Origin: Candidatus Firestoneibacteriota bacterium | Lineage (GTDB): Bacteria > Oederibacteriota > D2-FULL-39-29 > JBBTED01 | Reading direction: 5' to 3' | Assembly (NCBI GenBank): GCA_038042445.1 | Contig: JBBTED010000027.1 | Coordinates: 1-64,000, forward strand | DNA length: 64,000 nucleotides | In this document: positions 39,726 to 49,664 of the stretch, piece after piece | Layout: each line of letters begins with the position of its first letter | Numbering within the stretch: position 1 is the stretch's first letter | Position numbers and translations under genes: made by a program | Notes under the pieces: model-generated | What the model was told of the DNA's origin: nothing | What the model saw: only the letters and a program-made list of their open reading frames with translations | The model's database searches: none

Positions 39726-40745
39726 TTAAAAGTTAATCAACATATGTGTATAAATAACATTCGCGTTAGTTTGACCGGCATTACCTTCATATTTAACTTG
39801 TTGATTATCTACTGTGATTTTTATACCATCTGCAATATCATAACCAATTCCATAAATAGCTCTGTAGTGCGTATCTTCTGTTTTATTGTTATCTGGATCA
39901 AACCAATCGTATCTTGCAAAAGCAGATAAATTACCAAATAATTTATAAAAACCCCATCCAGAATAACCCCGGCCCACAGTATTAGTTCCACCCTGACTTG
40001 ATTGATCTATAGTATATAAATATTCTCCTGCTACAGTATAATTATCCTGTTCTAAACTCACAAATCCCATTGAACGATCTCTTTTTTGATTTGCATTGAC
40101 AAGTCCAGCTCTATGATGTGCTGCAATTTTCAAACCTTTCAAAGTATCAGGCATCGGAGTTAATCTAACCAAAGCATAACCATCTTTTGTTTTGTTTGCT
40201 TCAGGTCTGGCATAACCTTCGCCATTTGCAAGAACAAGATAGTATTCTAAATATTTGCTGATCAATTCGCCTCCAAGTTTTATTCCCAAATCACTTGATG
40301 TTTGTTTGCCTTCTGTATCTGCAAATATTGTACTTACAAAACGATGTTTCCATGTTCCCTCAACAACTGAATGCCATGGTAAACCTAATATACCAATAGA
40401 AAGTGTTGAAGAAGGCAATACATCCTTTATATCAATATAAGCAGTTTTAACAAAAACCTGTAATGAATTAGGATTTAGTGCAGACCATCTTCCTGAATCC
40501 AGTGTTAAGCTTAATCCAATTTTTTCTGCTAAATTGCTTTTAAAAGTCAAATATGTTCTTGTTAATTCAAATGCATTATAATCTGCTCCTTTTTCTGTTA
40601 AATCATAAGAATATTGAGAAAAAACAACGCCTGAAACTTTAATATCCTTTAACTTAACATCTGCCGCAAAAACAAAACTAACCATACATATTAGTACTAT
40701 TGGTACTAATATTGCTATTTTTTTATTTTTATGCATTTCTACCAT
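39726..40745 (-). CDS. outer-membrane porin
   Basis: signal peptide, FELTRTYL, NGEGY, FARYDWFDP, C-terminal Phe. Confidence 0.78.
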   Translation of the reverse strand: MVEMHKNKKIAILVPIVLICMVSFVFAADVKLKDIKVSGVVFSQYSYDLTEKGADYNAFELTRTYLTFKSNLAEKIGLSLTLDSGRWSALNPNSLQVFVKTAYIDIKDVLPSSTLSIGILGLPWHSVVEGTWKHRFVSTIFADTEGKQTSSDLGIKLGGELISKYLEYYLVLANGEGYARPEANKTKDGYALVRLTPMPDTLKGLKIAAHHRAGLVNANQKRDRSMGFVSLEQDNYTVAGEYLYTIDQSSQGGTNTVGRGYSGWGFYKLFGNLSAFARYDWFDPDNNKTEDTHYRAIYGIGYDIADGIKITVDNQQVKYEGNAGQTNANVIYTHMLINF

Positions 40746-40875
40746 CTCCTTTTTTTATATGTAGTTGCTGATTTATCAGCTGTCTTTTTATTGCCGATAA
40801 ATCGGCAACTACATTGATTTTTTTACAAAAGATATAAATTTTTATCAATTTTTCCAAAATATTTATAGTCAGAAT

Positions 40876-40910
40876 AATTATTGGGGTATGTAAGGTAAAT
40901 TCCTATAATT
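40876..40910. promoter_or_regulatory. putative NarL-family operator (copy B)
   Basis: 28/35 identical to 28044-28078; about 130 bp upstream of the porin start. Confidence 0.55.
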
Positions 40911-41523
40911 TAAAAAGGCCTGTTTTTATTGCATAATCAGTAAGTTCTGAACGGCCTGTCACACCTAATTTCTCCATAATTCTTGCTCTGTATGTTTCCA
41001 CGGTTTTAATACTTAAATCAAGTTTTTCTGCTATTTCCTTATTTACAAAACCTTTTGCAAGAAAGGTCAAAACTTCTTTTTCTCTTGGGCTTAATTTTTG
41101 CTCCGCTTCTTTTTCTTTTAACAATTTTGCCATACTGGAATGTATAAAAATATTTCCCTGCGAAATTGTTCTTATAGCATTTATAAGCGCAGCATCTGCT
41201 GCTTTTTTTGGCACATATCCTTTTGCACCAATTTTAATAAACTCCTGAAAGTATTCTGGCTCCTCATGCATTGTGAGGACAAGTATTTTAATCAATTGAT
41301 TCTGTTGCAAAAGTTTTTTTGCTACCTCAAGCCCATTCATATCAGGCATAGTGATATCAAGTAAAATAATATCCGGATTCAGTGTTTTACTTTTTATAAG
41401 AGCTTCTTTACCATTTGATGCTTCTCCAATTATATGTATATCCTGCTCTTTCTCAAGTAGCATCTTTAATCCTGCTCTTAAAATTGCATGGTCATCTACT
41501 ATTAAAACTTTAATTTTTACCAT
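40903..41523 (-). CDS. NarL/NreC-family response regulator
   Basis: VDDHAILRAG receiver plus LuxR HTH (LSPREKEV...KTVETYR). Confidence 0.93.
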   Translation of the reverse strand: MVKIKVLIVDDHAILRAGLKMLLEKEQDIHIIGEASNGKEALIKSKTLNPDIILLDITMPDMNGLEVAKKLLQQNQLIKILVLTMHEEPEYFQEFIKIGAKGYVPKKAADAALINAIRTISQGNIFIHSSMAKLLKEKEAEQKLSPREKEVLTFLAKGFVNKEIAEKLDLSIKTVETYRARIMEKLGVTGRSELTDYAIKTGLFKL

Positions 41524-42969
41524 TTAAGCTTCCTCTTTAATTGGAACTTTAATATAGATTTCTGTTCCCTTATTTATATCAGATTTTATATTAAACTTGC
41601 CACCAAGAATATATATTCTTTCCTGCATTCCAAATAAACCGATTGGTTTTCTACCAGATGTAGTTTTTATCTTATCCATATCAAAACCCACACCATCATC
41701 TGTAATTGTAAGAATTAAATCAGATTTTTTTTTCTGAAGAGTTATATTCACTTTATCAGCCTTTGCATGTTTTATAATATTTGTAAATGCTTCCTGAATT
41801 ACCCTATACAAACCTATTTCAAGAGAAGATAGTAATTTAGTATTTTCGGAAAATCCTGAAGTTTTATATTCTACTTTTACAGGAAATGTATTTTCAAATT
41901 CTTCCACATATTTCCTCACTGCTTTCAAAAAACCAAAATCATCAAGTAAAGGAGGTCTTAATTCAACTGCCAAATTATGTATATCTTCTAACGAACTATT
42001 TAAAAGTGTTCTGAAACTTTCTAATTTATTTTTCATATCATCTTTTTCAATACCTGACTCAAAAGATTTAAGACCAATTTTAAGCGATGTCAAAGTTTGA
42101 CCTGTTTTATCATGTAATTCTCTTGCAATTCTGTTTCTTTCATCTTCCTGTGTATAAATAATTTTTTCTATTAATTTTTGTCTCATTTCCTCATTTTGTT
42201 TTAATTCTAACTGATTTTTTTCTAAATTTTCGACCATACTGTTAAATACTTTACCAAAACTCCCGAACTCGTCATTTGTTATGATATTAACACGGGTTTT
42301 AAGATTACCAGTGCTTACTTCATTCACTGCAAAGATTAATTTAGATAATGGCATATTTAAAATATACGTAAGAAAATACGATATAAAAATACCTATGAAC
42401 GCCATTATTATTATTGCAATTAAAAGATGCTTCGTGGCTTTTTGTAATGCTTCCCGCAAAGGAGCATCCACCAAACCTATTCTGACAACCCCGAGTCTAC
42501 CTTCAAATACAGAAACCAAAATATCAAGGATTTTTCCTTCTTCTGTATTAAGTATCTCCAGATTATACGGCACAAATTTCTCTTCAAAATTCACCTTCAC
42601 AAGTTCTTCTGAAACTCTATGTTCAAATGTATGAGCAACTATATGCCCATTTTTATCAAGAACAAGTATATATCGTATATCCTTATGGCTCTGGGTTGTT
42701 TCTTTTAATAATTCGTATATTCCAAATAAATTCCCAGTTAGAAGAGGTGATGCCAACCTTGATGCCAAATCTTTAGTTATTGCAATACCTTTTTCTTCAA
42801 CCTGATTTTTTAAGGATTTATAAAGCAGCACTCTTGTCTCAATTAAAGCCCCTATGCAAAATAACACAATTAAACCAAATGCTATACCCATTATTTTAAA
42901 AAATATAGGTACAGCTAACGCTTTTTCTATAAATTTACTGAAAAATTTTTTTGTTTCCAGAAACTTCAC
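41524..42969 (-). CDS. HAMP HisKA_3 sensor kinase
   Basis: 2 TM, HAMP, ERNRIARELHD, QEAFTNIIKHA, DDGVGF. Confidence 0.92.
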   Translation of the reverse strand: MKFLETKKFFSKFIEKALAVPIFFKIMGIAFGLIVLFCIGALIETRVLLYKSLKNQVEEKGIAITKDLASRLASPLLTGNLFGIYELLKETTQSHKDIRYILVLDKNGHIVAHTFEHRVSEELVKVNFEEKFVPYNLEILNTEEGKILDILVSVFEGRLGVVRIGLVDAPLREALQKATKHLLIAIIIMAFIGIFISYFLTYILNMPLSKLIFAVNEVSTGNLKTRVNIITNDEFGSFGKVFNSMVENLEKNQLELKQNEEMRQKLIEKIIYTQEDERNRIARELHDKTGQTLTSLKIGLKSFESGIEKDDMKNKLESFRTLLNSSLEDIHNLAVELRPPLLDDFGFLKAVRKYVEEFENTFPVKVEYKTSGFSENTKLLSSLEIGLYRVIQEAFTNIIKHAKADKVNITLQKKKSDLILTITDDGVGFDMDKIKTTSGRKPIGLFGMQERIYILGGKFNIKSDINKGTEIYIKVPIKEEA

Positions 42970-43898
42970 TGAATTGCACCTATTTCTTCTAATATTGTTT
43001 TTGCAGAATTATATATTTTACTGTCAGGGATAATAAATTTTTCTACAAAGATTTTATTTAGAATTTTTTTGCCTTCTTCATCCTTGTTCATATTTAAAAA
43101 TGCATCTTGTAATTTCTTTTTAATCTCATGATTGATTTTGCTTCCTGTTACAACAGGAGGAATTCCAAAAGATGGAGATTTATTAATAATTTTTGTTTTT
43201 AATGCACAGATATCTTTTTGCTTTATTAAAATATCGTATACAATACTATCTACACAAGCAGCATCTGTTATTTTTTCTGCTACTGATTTTATTGAATTAT
43301 CATGACTACCTGTAAATATAAATTTACTAAAGAAGTTATCTGGTGTCCAGCCTGATTTAAACAGACAATATTTAACATAAAAATATCCTGTTAGAGAAAG
43401 TGGATCGCAAAAAGCAAAACTTTTGTTTTTCAAATCATTTAAATTTGTTAGTTCACTGTTTTTTTCTACTATTATATATGAATAGTAATAAGGTTCTCCT
43501 TCAACTACAGGAACAGCTAAAATATCCAATGTAAAATCAACATTTGCCCTAATGTAAGCGCCTGTACAAATAAATGCCACATCACATTCAGAATTTCTAA
43601 GTAACTCATTAACTTCCCCATAAGTATTCTTCTGCACAAGTTGAATATTTACTTCCATTTTTTTTCTGAGATATTCTATTAAATCAGCATATAGAATTAA
43701 TGAAGCTTTTGGAGAAACAACAGAAGCAATAGCAAGTTTAATAGTATTATTTTTATAATCTTTATTTAATAAATCGGTAGAGTCTACTGGCTTAAGTCTG
43801 ACTTTTTTATATTCTGGAGTTTTATCGCATCCTAAAAATAGAAGCAAAAAGCATAAAATCAAAATTTTAAAATATTCTATTTTTTTGACTATTAGCAT
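42966..43898 (-). CDS. PhnD-fold oxyanion-binding lipoprotein (AioX/ArxX-like)
   Basis: lipobox LFLGC; AFICTGAY, YYSYIIV, DPLSLTG, GSHDNSI; overlaps the kinase start; no ABC permease or ATPase nearby. Confidence 0.8.
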   Translation of the reverse strand: MLIVKKIEYFKILILCFLLLFLGCDKTPEYKKVRLKPVDSTDLLNKDYKNNTIKLAIASVVSPKASLILYADLIEYLRKKMEVNIQLVQKNTYGEVNELLRNSECDVAFICTGAYIRANVDFTLDILAVPVVEGEPYYYSYIIVEKNSELTNLNDLKNKSFAFCDPLSLTGYFYVKYCLFKSGWTPDNFFSKFIFTGSHDNSIKSVAEKITDAACVDSIVYDILIKQKDICALKTKIINKSPSFGIPPVVTGSKINHEIKKKLQDAFLNMNKDEEGKKILNKIFVEKFIIPDSKIYNSAKTILEEIGAIQ

Positions 43899-44022
43899 AG
43901 CAATGATTTAAAATTCATATACCTTTAAGTAAAGAACCCAGGATTAAAACCAATTTATCCTGCAGGACAAGAATGTCCTGCCTATAGGTTGGGTTTTCTA
44001 ACCCAACCTATAGGGTTTTTGA

Positions 44023-44217
44023 CTAATTTAGCTTTGCTATATCTTTAATTTTATTTTCCTCTTCCTTTACTTCTTTATTAATTTCTTTCATTGAATTTTT
44101 AAATTCACCTATACTTTTGCCGATTCCCTTAGCTATTTCAGGTAATTTTTTTGCACCAAAAATCAAAAATGCTATTGCTAATATAACTAATAATTCTGGC
44201 ATTCCTATATTCCCCAT
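44023..44217 (-). CDS. tatA: TatA (copy 3)
   Basis: [27 protein letters not shown]. Confidence 0.93.
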   Translation of the reverse strand: MGNIGMPELLVILAIAFLIFGAKKLPEIAKGIGKSIGEFKNSMKEINKEVKEEENKIKDIAKLN

Positions 44218-44237
44218 TTAACTCACCTCCATTTCAA

Positions 44238-44327
44238 CTACATAATACTTCCTAACCATAAAATAAAAATTATTGCAATTATATGTAAGATCCACCATCC
44301 AGGTTTATACATCATAAATCTGTACAT
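44238..44327 (-). CDS. 29-aa single-TM microprotein
   Basis: MYRFMMYKPGWWILHIIAIIFILWLGSIM*; GAGGAG RBS 7 nt upstream; resembles the C-terminus of 44331-44831. Confidence 0.65.
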   Translation of the reverse strand: MYRFMMYKPGWWILHIIAIIFILWLGSIM

Positions 44328-44330
44328 ACA

Positions 44331-44831
44331 TTAACTCCTCAAGAATATATTGCCTACTATATAAACAATTGAAATGGCAATCAAATGTAGCAACCACCAC
44401 CCCATATTTGGGTAACGAAAAAATCTGTCTTTGCGCTTCAATTCAGAACTTGTATTCATTATATCCAATTCAAAAATAGCTTTTCCAAATGCAAATTTTC
44501 CAAATAATAAAATTATATCTGGTAAAGTAGTTTTTAGTATTAAATTTGAAGGTGTTATTACTTCCGGCAAATTTAAAAGTGAAAAATGTGCCATTGTAAT
44601 TGTTCCTATAATCACTAACATACCATTTATCACATAAGCATATTGTGTAGTTTTAGTATAAAAAAATAATACAGGTATAGCAAGGACACTTATAATACCT
44701 GATATAAAAGGTATTAAATGCTGTGATTCTTCAAAAGGTGGATGTATACGCAAATGCAAAAACCATCCTCCTAAAGAAATAAAAAATAACCCACTTATCA
44801 ATACTATTCGTACATTTTGCTTTTGCGTCAT
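44331..44831 (-). CDS. hypothetical multi-pass membrane protein with His residues in or near TM segments
   Basis: GGWFLHLRIH, TMAHF, GWWLLHL. Confidence 0.7.
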   Translation of the reverse strand: MTQKQNVRIVLISGLFFISLGGWFLHLRIHPPFEESQHLIPFISGIISVLAIPVLFFYTKTTQYAYVINGMLVIIGTITMAHFSLLNLPEVITPSNLILKTTLPDIILLFGKFAFGKAIFELDIMNTSSELKRKDRFFRYPNMGWWLLHLIAISIVYIVGNIFLRS

Positions 44832-44859
44832 ATATTCTAAATATTTATTGAATTTAAAG

Positions 44860-44913
44860 GTAGTCGCAGGCTTTAGCCTGCGGTTCTTTCCGCAAGCTAA
44901 AGCTTGCGGCTAC
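44860..44913. repeat. GTAG...CTAC REP-like doublet (GCAGGCTTTAGCCTGC subfamily)
   Basis: near-identical copy at 58958-59022; half copy at about 32936-32959. Confidence 0.85.
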
Positions 44914-44925
44914 CAATTCACCGTC

Positions 44926-45561
44926 CTAAAGTTTACTGTTTTTTAAATATATTTGCTTTGCCTTACTATAATTATCAAGTGTGTTTATATTAAAAAATGA
45001 AAGTAATTGTGTGTCAAATTGTTTTATTTCTCTTAAAGATATATTTTTTTTAATGATTTTAGCAAAAAAATTGGTTATTTTCAAATTAGTTTTCTCTAAT
45101 TGCTTTTCTATAGGTTTTATGCAATTTTTAGAATAAAATGCAAATAATGGTTCATATCCTTTTTGAAAAAAAGGAATAATAGCATCATATTTTTTATCTT
45201 TTGTAAACTTTTTCATATATTCAAGTAATTGGACATTCAAAAATGGCATATCACAAGCAGTAACAAAATTATAAAGTGTCTTTGAATACATTAAACCTGA
45301 ATAAAGCCCACCAATAGAACCTTTATCTTTGATATAATCACATACAACTTTTAAATGCAAGTCTTTATTTTTAAAAGAATTAACAATTGGTTCAATTTCT
45401 TTTTCGCGCATTTTAGAATTTACAACTACAATAATATTTTTGAAAATTTTTGCTAGTAGATTTATTCTACGTTCAAGCATTGTTTTATTTGCAAAAGGAA
45501 GGAATATTTTGTTTGTATTGATACGCGTGCTTTTTCCACCAGCAAGAATAATTGCTGTCAT
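44926..45561 (-). CDS. mobA: molybdenum cofactor guanylyltransferase
   Basis: ILAGGKSTR, GGLYSGL, ACDMPF, EPLFA.Y, FFNINT. Confidence 0.92.
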   Translation of the reverse strand: MTAIILAGGKSTRINTNKIFLPFANKTMLERRINLLAKIFKNIIVVVNSKMREKEIEPIVNSFKNKDLHLKVVCDYIKDKGSIGGLYSGLMYSKTLYNFVTACDMPFLNVQLLEYMKKFTKDKKYDAIIPFFQKGYEPLFAFYSKNCIKPIEKQLEKTNLKITNFFAKIIKKNISLREIKQFDTQLLSFFNINTLDNYSKAKQIYLKNSKL

Positions 45562-46004
45562 AGGACAGATATTTTATCTCCAGTTTTTATTTCGCCGCCT
45601 TGCAGTACTTTGGCAAATATACCTTCTTTTGGCATCACACAATCACCAACAGCATAATATATAGCGCAGTGAGAATGACAAACCTTTCCAATTTGTGTAA
45701 CTTCCAATAGAATATTTTCGCCGATTTGTATTTTGGTTCCAATTAAAAGATCTTTTAAATTTATCCATTCTGTAGTGATATTTTCTGCAAAATCTCCGGG
45801 CTTTACTTGTAAACCCTTCTCAATTATTTTATTTATACTTTCTTGAGCAAGCAAGCTTATTTGCCTATGCCAATCACCTGAATGTGCATCTCCAACAATT
45901 CCAAAGTTTTCTTTAAGACAAGCAAAAGGAATATTTTGTTTTTTTTCGCCTTTATTTTTACTTATAGATATTGCAATTATACTACCTGTTTGTTCACAAT
46001 TCAT
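45558..46004 (-). CDS. MOSC domain protein
   Basis: GDAH, RQISLL, PGDFAENI, QIGKVCH..CAI...GDCVMP. Confidence 0.9.
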   Translation of the reverse strand: MNCEQTGSIIAISISKNKGEKKQNIPFACLKENFGIVGDAHSGDWHRQISLLAQESINKIIEKGLQVKPGDFAENITTEWINLKDLLIGTKIQIGENILLEVTQIGKVCHSHCAIYYAVGDCVMPKEGIFAKVLQGGEIKTGDKISVL

Positions 46005-47637
46005 GACATTGCCTACATTCTTTTTTTGACATTTTTAAACGGACATCTTTATGCTGGCCAAATTCATGACAACTTATACAATCCAAACCAGCTTCAAGAT
46101 GTTTTAGATGCGGCATAATTTTATTTCCATATTTTACTGTTTCCGAAGGAATTTTGATATTCAATTTTGAATGACACATAGTCATACAAAATCTTCCGTT
46201 AATCAGTATATTTTCATTCATAGAAGGTAATTCTTTTTTAAGTAAATTACCTATTTTATCCAAAGATTTATTTGCTACCTGTAAAATCTGAACAGAATAA
46301 TAGATATTATGCAAACCACGTTTTTCTGATATAAACTGTATATTGTATCGGACATCTGAAAGCAATGTATTAGCATTATTGAAATCCGTTGAATTTTTAG
46401 GAATGGATTTAACCAAATCTTCTGCAATTTTTGATTTTGAATTAATTTCATCTAATGCATCATTTAAAATCTTTTTCCATTCTAATACCAAACCAGTATA
46501 TTTTTCACCATGACATTTAACACATGCATCTTCTTTATATTTGTATGTACTTCCATCAAATTTTGTGTTGCCATGAATTTGTTCTGAAATATGACAACCT
46601 ACACAATCCACATTTGCAAGATACATAGCACTTGGCATATCTGGAACTCCTTTTGCACCTATACCTTTATAAATCTGCTGAACACCTGTATGTTTATCTG
46701 TATGACATTTAGCACAATTAAGAGAAGTCATTTCTTTTTTAGATATAGTAGTTATAGAATGCCTCATTTCCTTATGACAATGAAAACAAGCTACATTCCT
46801 TTTTGTGATATGCTGCTCATGAATAAATTTCAAATCATTGTATTTTTGCAGTTTCTCAGGCTGATTATGACAGGTGTAACATCTTTCCTGTGGAGCTTCA
46901 CCATCCCCTTGAATAACATCTAAATGACACTTTTTACAACTCACATCTTTACCTTTTGCTGAAACAAAATTTTTGTGATTATAAACTATATTCCCTATTG
47001 TAAAATCTGTTTCAGGAACTTTATGGCAAGAAATACATCCACCAATAGGATTAATATCACGTGCCGTTTTCTTACCCTTAAAATGGCAAAGGTAACAGGT
47101 GTCCCATGTTACTTCAACATGTTTACCAACAACCATTTGTGAATGGCAAGAAGTACATCTAAGATGTCTACCACGACGTTCTTCAGTTAAATGATGCCTG
47201 TGGTTAAACATTATGCCTTTTTTTGTAGTAATTTTTCCTTCTAATAATCTGGTTGAATGACAACCTACCCTCAAACAAGAAGTATCTTCTATTTCAGCAT
47301 AAGGTTTAGATGAATATGTCCGTGTGACATATTTGGCAACTTGTGATAAAGCCTGAAATTTTTTCCATAATATTGTTTTAGGTTCACCAGGTGGATAGTG
47401 ACATTCTACACAAGCAACATTATTATGTTTTGAATTTTTCCATGCATCATAATATGGTTTCATTATATGACAGGATTTACAAAAAGATGGAGTGGTAGAA
47501 TATTTTGCCAACCCAAGTAAAATTACAACAAGTAATATTAATAATAAACCTATTAATTTAAAAAATCTTTTTTTAAAACTAATATACCATTTTTTATCTG
47601 GTGAAATTTCTATTCCTAAAAAAGAAAGTAAGTTCAT
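45994..47637 (-). CDS. membrane-anchored NapC/NirT-like multiheme cytochrome (13 CxxCH plus 2 atypical motifs)
   Basis: N-terminal TM, FCKSCH.M; 13 canonical motifs, plus CLRVGCH and CMTMCH. Confidence 0.85.
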   Translation of the reverse strand: MNLLSFLGIEISPDKKWYISFKKRFFKLIGLLLILLVVILLGLAKYSTTPSFCKSCHIMKPYYDAWKNSKHNNVACVECHYPPGEPKTILWKKFQALSQVAKYVTRTYSSKPYAEIEDTSCLRVGCHSTRLLEGKITTKKGIMFNHRHHLTEERRGRHLRCTSCHSQMVVGKHVEVTWDTCYLCHFKGKKTARDINPIGGCISCHKVPETDFTIGNIVYNHKNFVSAKGKDVSCKKCHLDVIQGDGEAPQERCYTCHNQPEKLQKYNDLKFIHEQHITKRNVACFHCHKEMRHSITTISKKEMTSLNCAKCHTDKHTGVQQIYKGIGAKGVPDMPSAMYLANVDCVGCHISEQIHGNTKFDGSTYKYKEDACVKCHGEKYTGLVLEWKKILNDALDEINSKSKIAEDLVKSIPKNSTDFNNANTLLSDVRYNIQFISEKRGLHNIYYSVQILQVANKSLDKIGNLLKKELPSMNENILINGRFCMTMCHSKLNIKIPSETVKYGNKIMPHLKHLEAGLDCISCHEFGQHKDVRLKMSKKECRQCHEL

Positions 47638-47689
47638 ATTTTAACAGTTTTTAAATTTTTCAGTGGGTGATTTCTTTCTAAAATCCCCC

Positions 47690-49540
47690 TTAGTCCCCCT
47701 TTTTCAAAGGGGGATTTATTATTTTTTCATTATCAATTTTTTTTCCTGTAATCCATTGCCAACTCATTGGATAGATTTCCGGGTCAAAAATTGTCCAGTA
47801 AAAATGCCAGATAATAATTGCAACAGTAGCAAGTATTGCTTCATAAAAATGAATTAGTGTGGCTAAATCAGTAATCCATAATGGCAGATATTTTAAAGTT
47901 ATATTTTCAAATAAAAGCAAAATTCCTGTTACTATCATTATAATAGAACCCCATATAAGTGCCCAATATTCAAATTTTTCCATATAATTGTACTCACGAA
48001 ATTGTGGTTTTTCTTTACACAAACCAATATTATATCCAATAAATTTAAATGCATCAGTGATATCTTTGAATACAGGAAATAATTGTGTTACTCTCTTTCT
48101 GCCTGCTTTTGTAAATACAAGATAAAAAACGTGGAATATTGCAAATAGAATAAATATAAATGCTGTCCAGTGATGAATTTCACTCCTTATTTGTGAACCT
48201 TCCTCTAAAATTCTAAATGGATATGCCCACCAACTTTCAGGATATTTTACTGCAAAACCAGTATAAGCAAGTACTGAAAAACAAATCAAAAGTCCAAAGT
48301 GTTGTATTCTTTCATTAATACTCATTCTTTTATCATTCGCTTCTTTTTTACATTTTTTGTAATGTTCTCGTAAATTTTTTAAAAAATGAATTGCATTATG
48401 AAAAATCATACCACCAATTGTTAAAAGTATTAATGATATATAGAATATTTTAACATAATATATAATTAAATTTTTTTCTTTTGAATCTTTAGTATGTATA
48501 GAACCTGAAGCAAGCATTGCACCTGCACCAGGATGACATTTTCCACACGTCTTCGGTAGATTTACTTTATTTATGGAGGAAAGTTTATTATCTGACATCA
48601 AAATATCATGAAATCCATGACAAGAAGCACAATTAGCTACTCTTAAATCACCAGCTTTACCTGATAATCCATGAAATGAATCTAAATATGTTTGAACTCT
48701 ATCTGCAGGCAATCCAAATTTCGTAACAATTTTTTCAGAAGCATGACACCCTGAACAGGTTTTGGTTATTGCACCAATATATACAGATGATTCTTTGTCT
48801 TTAACAGCACGTATTGTATGTTCACCATGACAATCAATACATACTGGTGCTTCTTTAACACCTGCTTTTGAAACCACACCATGAATACTTCTTTCATATA
48901 CTTTAAATACATTTTCATGACATTTACTACAAGTAACTGGAATATTCTTATGAAATATTTTTGACATAGAGTTTGATGAACCATATATGTTGTGAGACCC
49001 ATGACAATCAGTACATACTGCTGCATTCATTTCTCCATTTTTCAATGCCTGGCCATGAATACTGTTTCTATAAGATTTATATGGTTCCTTTTGTGTAAGG
49101 TGAAATTTTTCCATTTTGCCTGAATTCCCATGGCAGTGTGTACAAGTATCAGGAATGTTTTTATGATAAACCGGAGATTTTGGATTTCTGCTATTCAAAA
49201 TAGTATGTGTGCTACCATGACAAGCTTTACAAGTAGCTGCTTCATTTATACCTTTAAGCTGTGCTTTTCCATGATCACTATTTAAATAGATTTCTGATTC
49301 TATTCTATGGCAGTCTTTACAAGATACAGGTTTTAATTTTTCATTATGCGGCAATTCCTTAATATCACTATGGCAAGAAATACACAGATTATTTCCATGT
49401 ATGGATTTTCCAAAAGCATTTGAATTAACCAATGGTGCGCCACTTTCTTTATCTTTATGACACACCATACATTCTTCATTTTCCTGTGCATATAGCAACG
49501 AAGATACAAATATAAAAAAAATAAAAATCTTTGTTTTCAC
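47690..49540 (-). CDS. CbcL-like cytochrome: 11 CxxCH plus a cytochrome b membrane domain (start likely GTG 49540)
   Basis: 11 heme motifs counted; C-terminal ERIQH, EKFEYWAL.WG and IHFYEA.LA. Confidence 0.85.
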   Translation of the reverse strand: MKTKIFIFFIFVSSLLYAQENEECMVCHKDKESGAPLVNSNAFGKSIHGNNLCISCHSDIKELPHNEKLKPVSCKDCHRIESEIYLNSDHGKAQLKGINEAATCKACHGSTHTILNSRNPKSPVYHKNIPDTCTHCHGNSGKMEKFHLTQKEPYKSYRNSIHGQALKNGEMNAAVCTDCHGSHNIYGSSNSMSKIFHKNIPVTCSKCHENVFKVYERSIHGVVSKAGVKEAPVCIDCHGEHTIRAVKDKESSVYIGAITKTCSGCHASEKIVTKFGLPADRVQTYLDSFHGLSGKAGDLRVANCASCHGFHDILMSDNKLSSINKVNLPKTCGKCHPGAGAMLASGSIHTKDSKEKNLIIYYVKIFYISLILLTIGGMIFHNAIHFLKNLREHYKKCKKEANDKRMSINERIQHFGLLICFSVLAYTGFAVKYPESWWAYPFRILEEGSQIRSEIHHWTAFIFILFAIFHVFYLVFTKAGRKRVTQLFPVFKDITDAFKFIGYNIGLCKEKPQFREYNYMEKFEYWALIWGSIIMIVTGILLLFENITLKYLPLWITDLATLIHFYEAILATVAIIIWHFYWTIFDPEIYPMSWQWITGKKIDNEKIINPPLKKGD

Positions 49541-49567
49541 CCGAAAATCTCCCATTTTATTGTTTCT

Positions 49568-49623
49568 GTAGCTGCAAAGCAATAGCTTTGCTTTTTTTTT
49601 GCAGAGCTTCGCTCTGCCGCTAC
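49568..49623. repeat. GTAGCTGC REP-like doublet
   Basis: GTAGCTGCAAAGCAATAGCTTTGC...GCAGAGCTTCGCTCTGCCGCTAC. Confidence 0.8.
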
Positions 49624-49664
49624 ACTGCCAACTGACCAAAATTTACAACTATAAATATTCTTAC

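Noticed and set aside
42966..43898. Phosphonate ABC transporter
   Set aside because: No permease or ATPase genes, and the gene is coupled to a sensor kinase.
49541..49639. N-terminal extension of the 649-aa ORF (also 56050-56097, 59501-59521, 63657-63731)
   Set aside because: These extensions run through repeats, low-information spacer or upstream genes; downstream starts fit signal peptides, RBSs or stop-start overlaps better.
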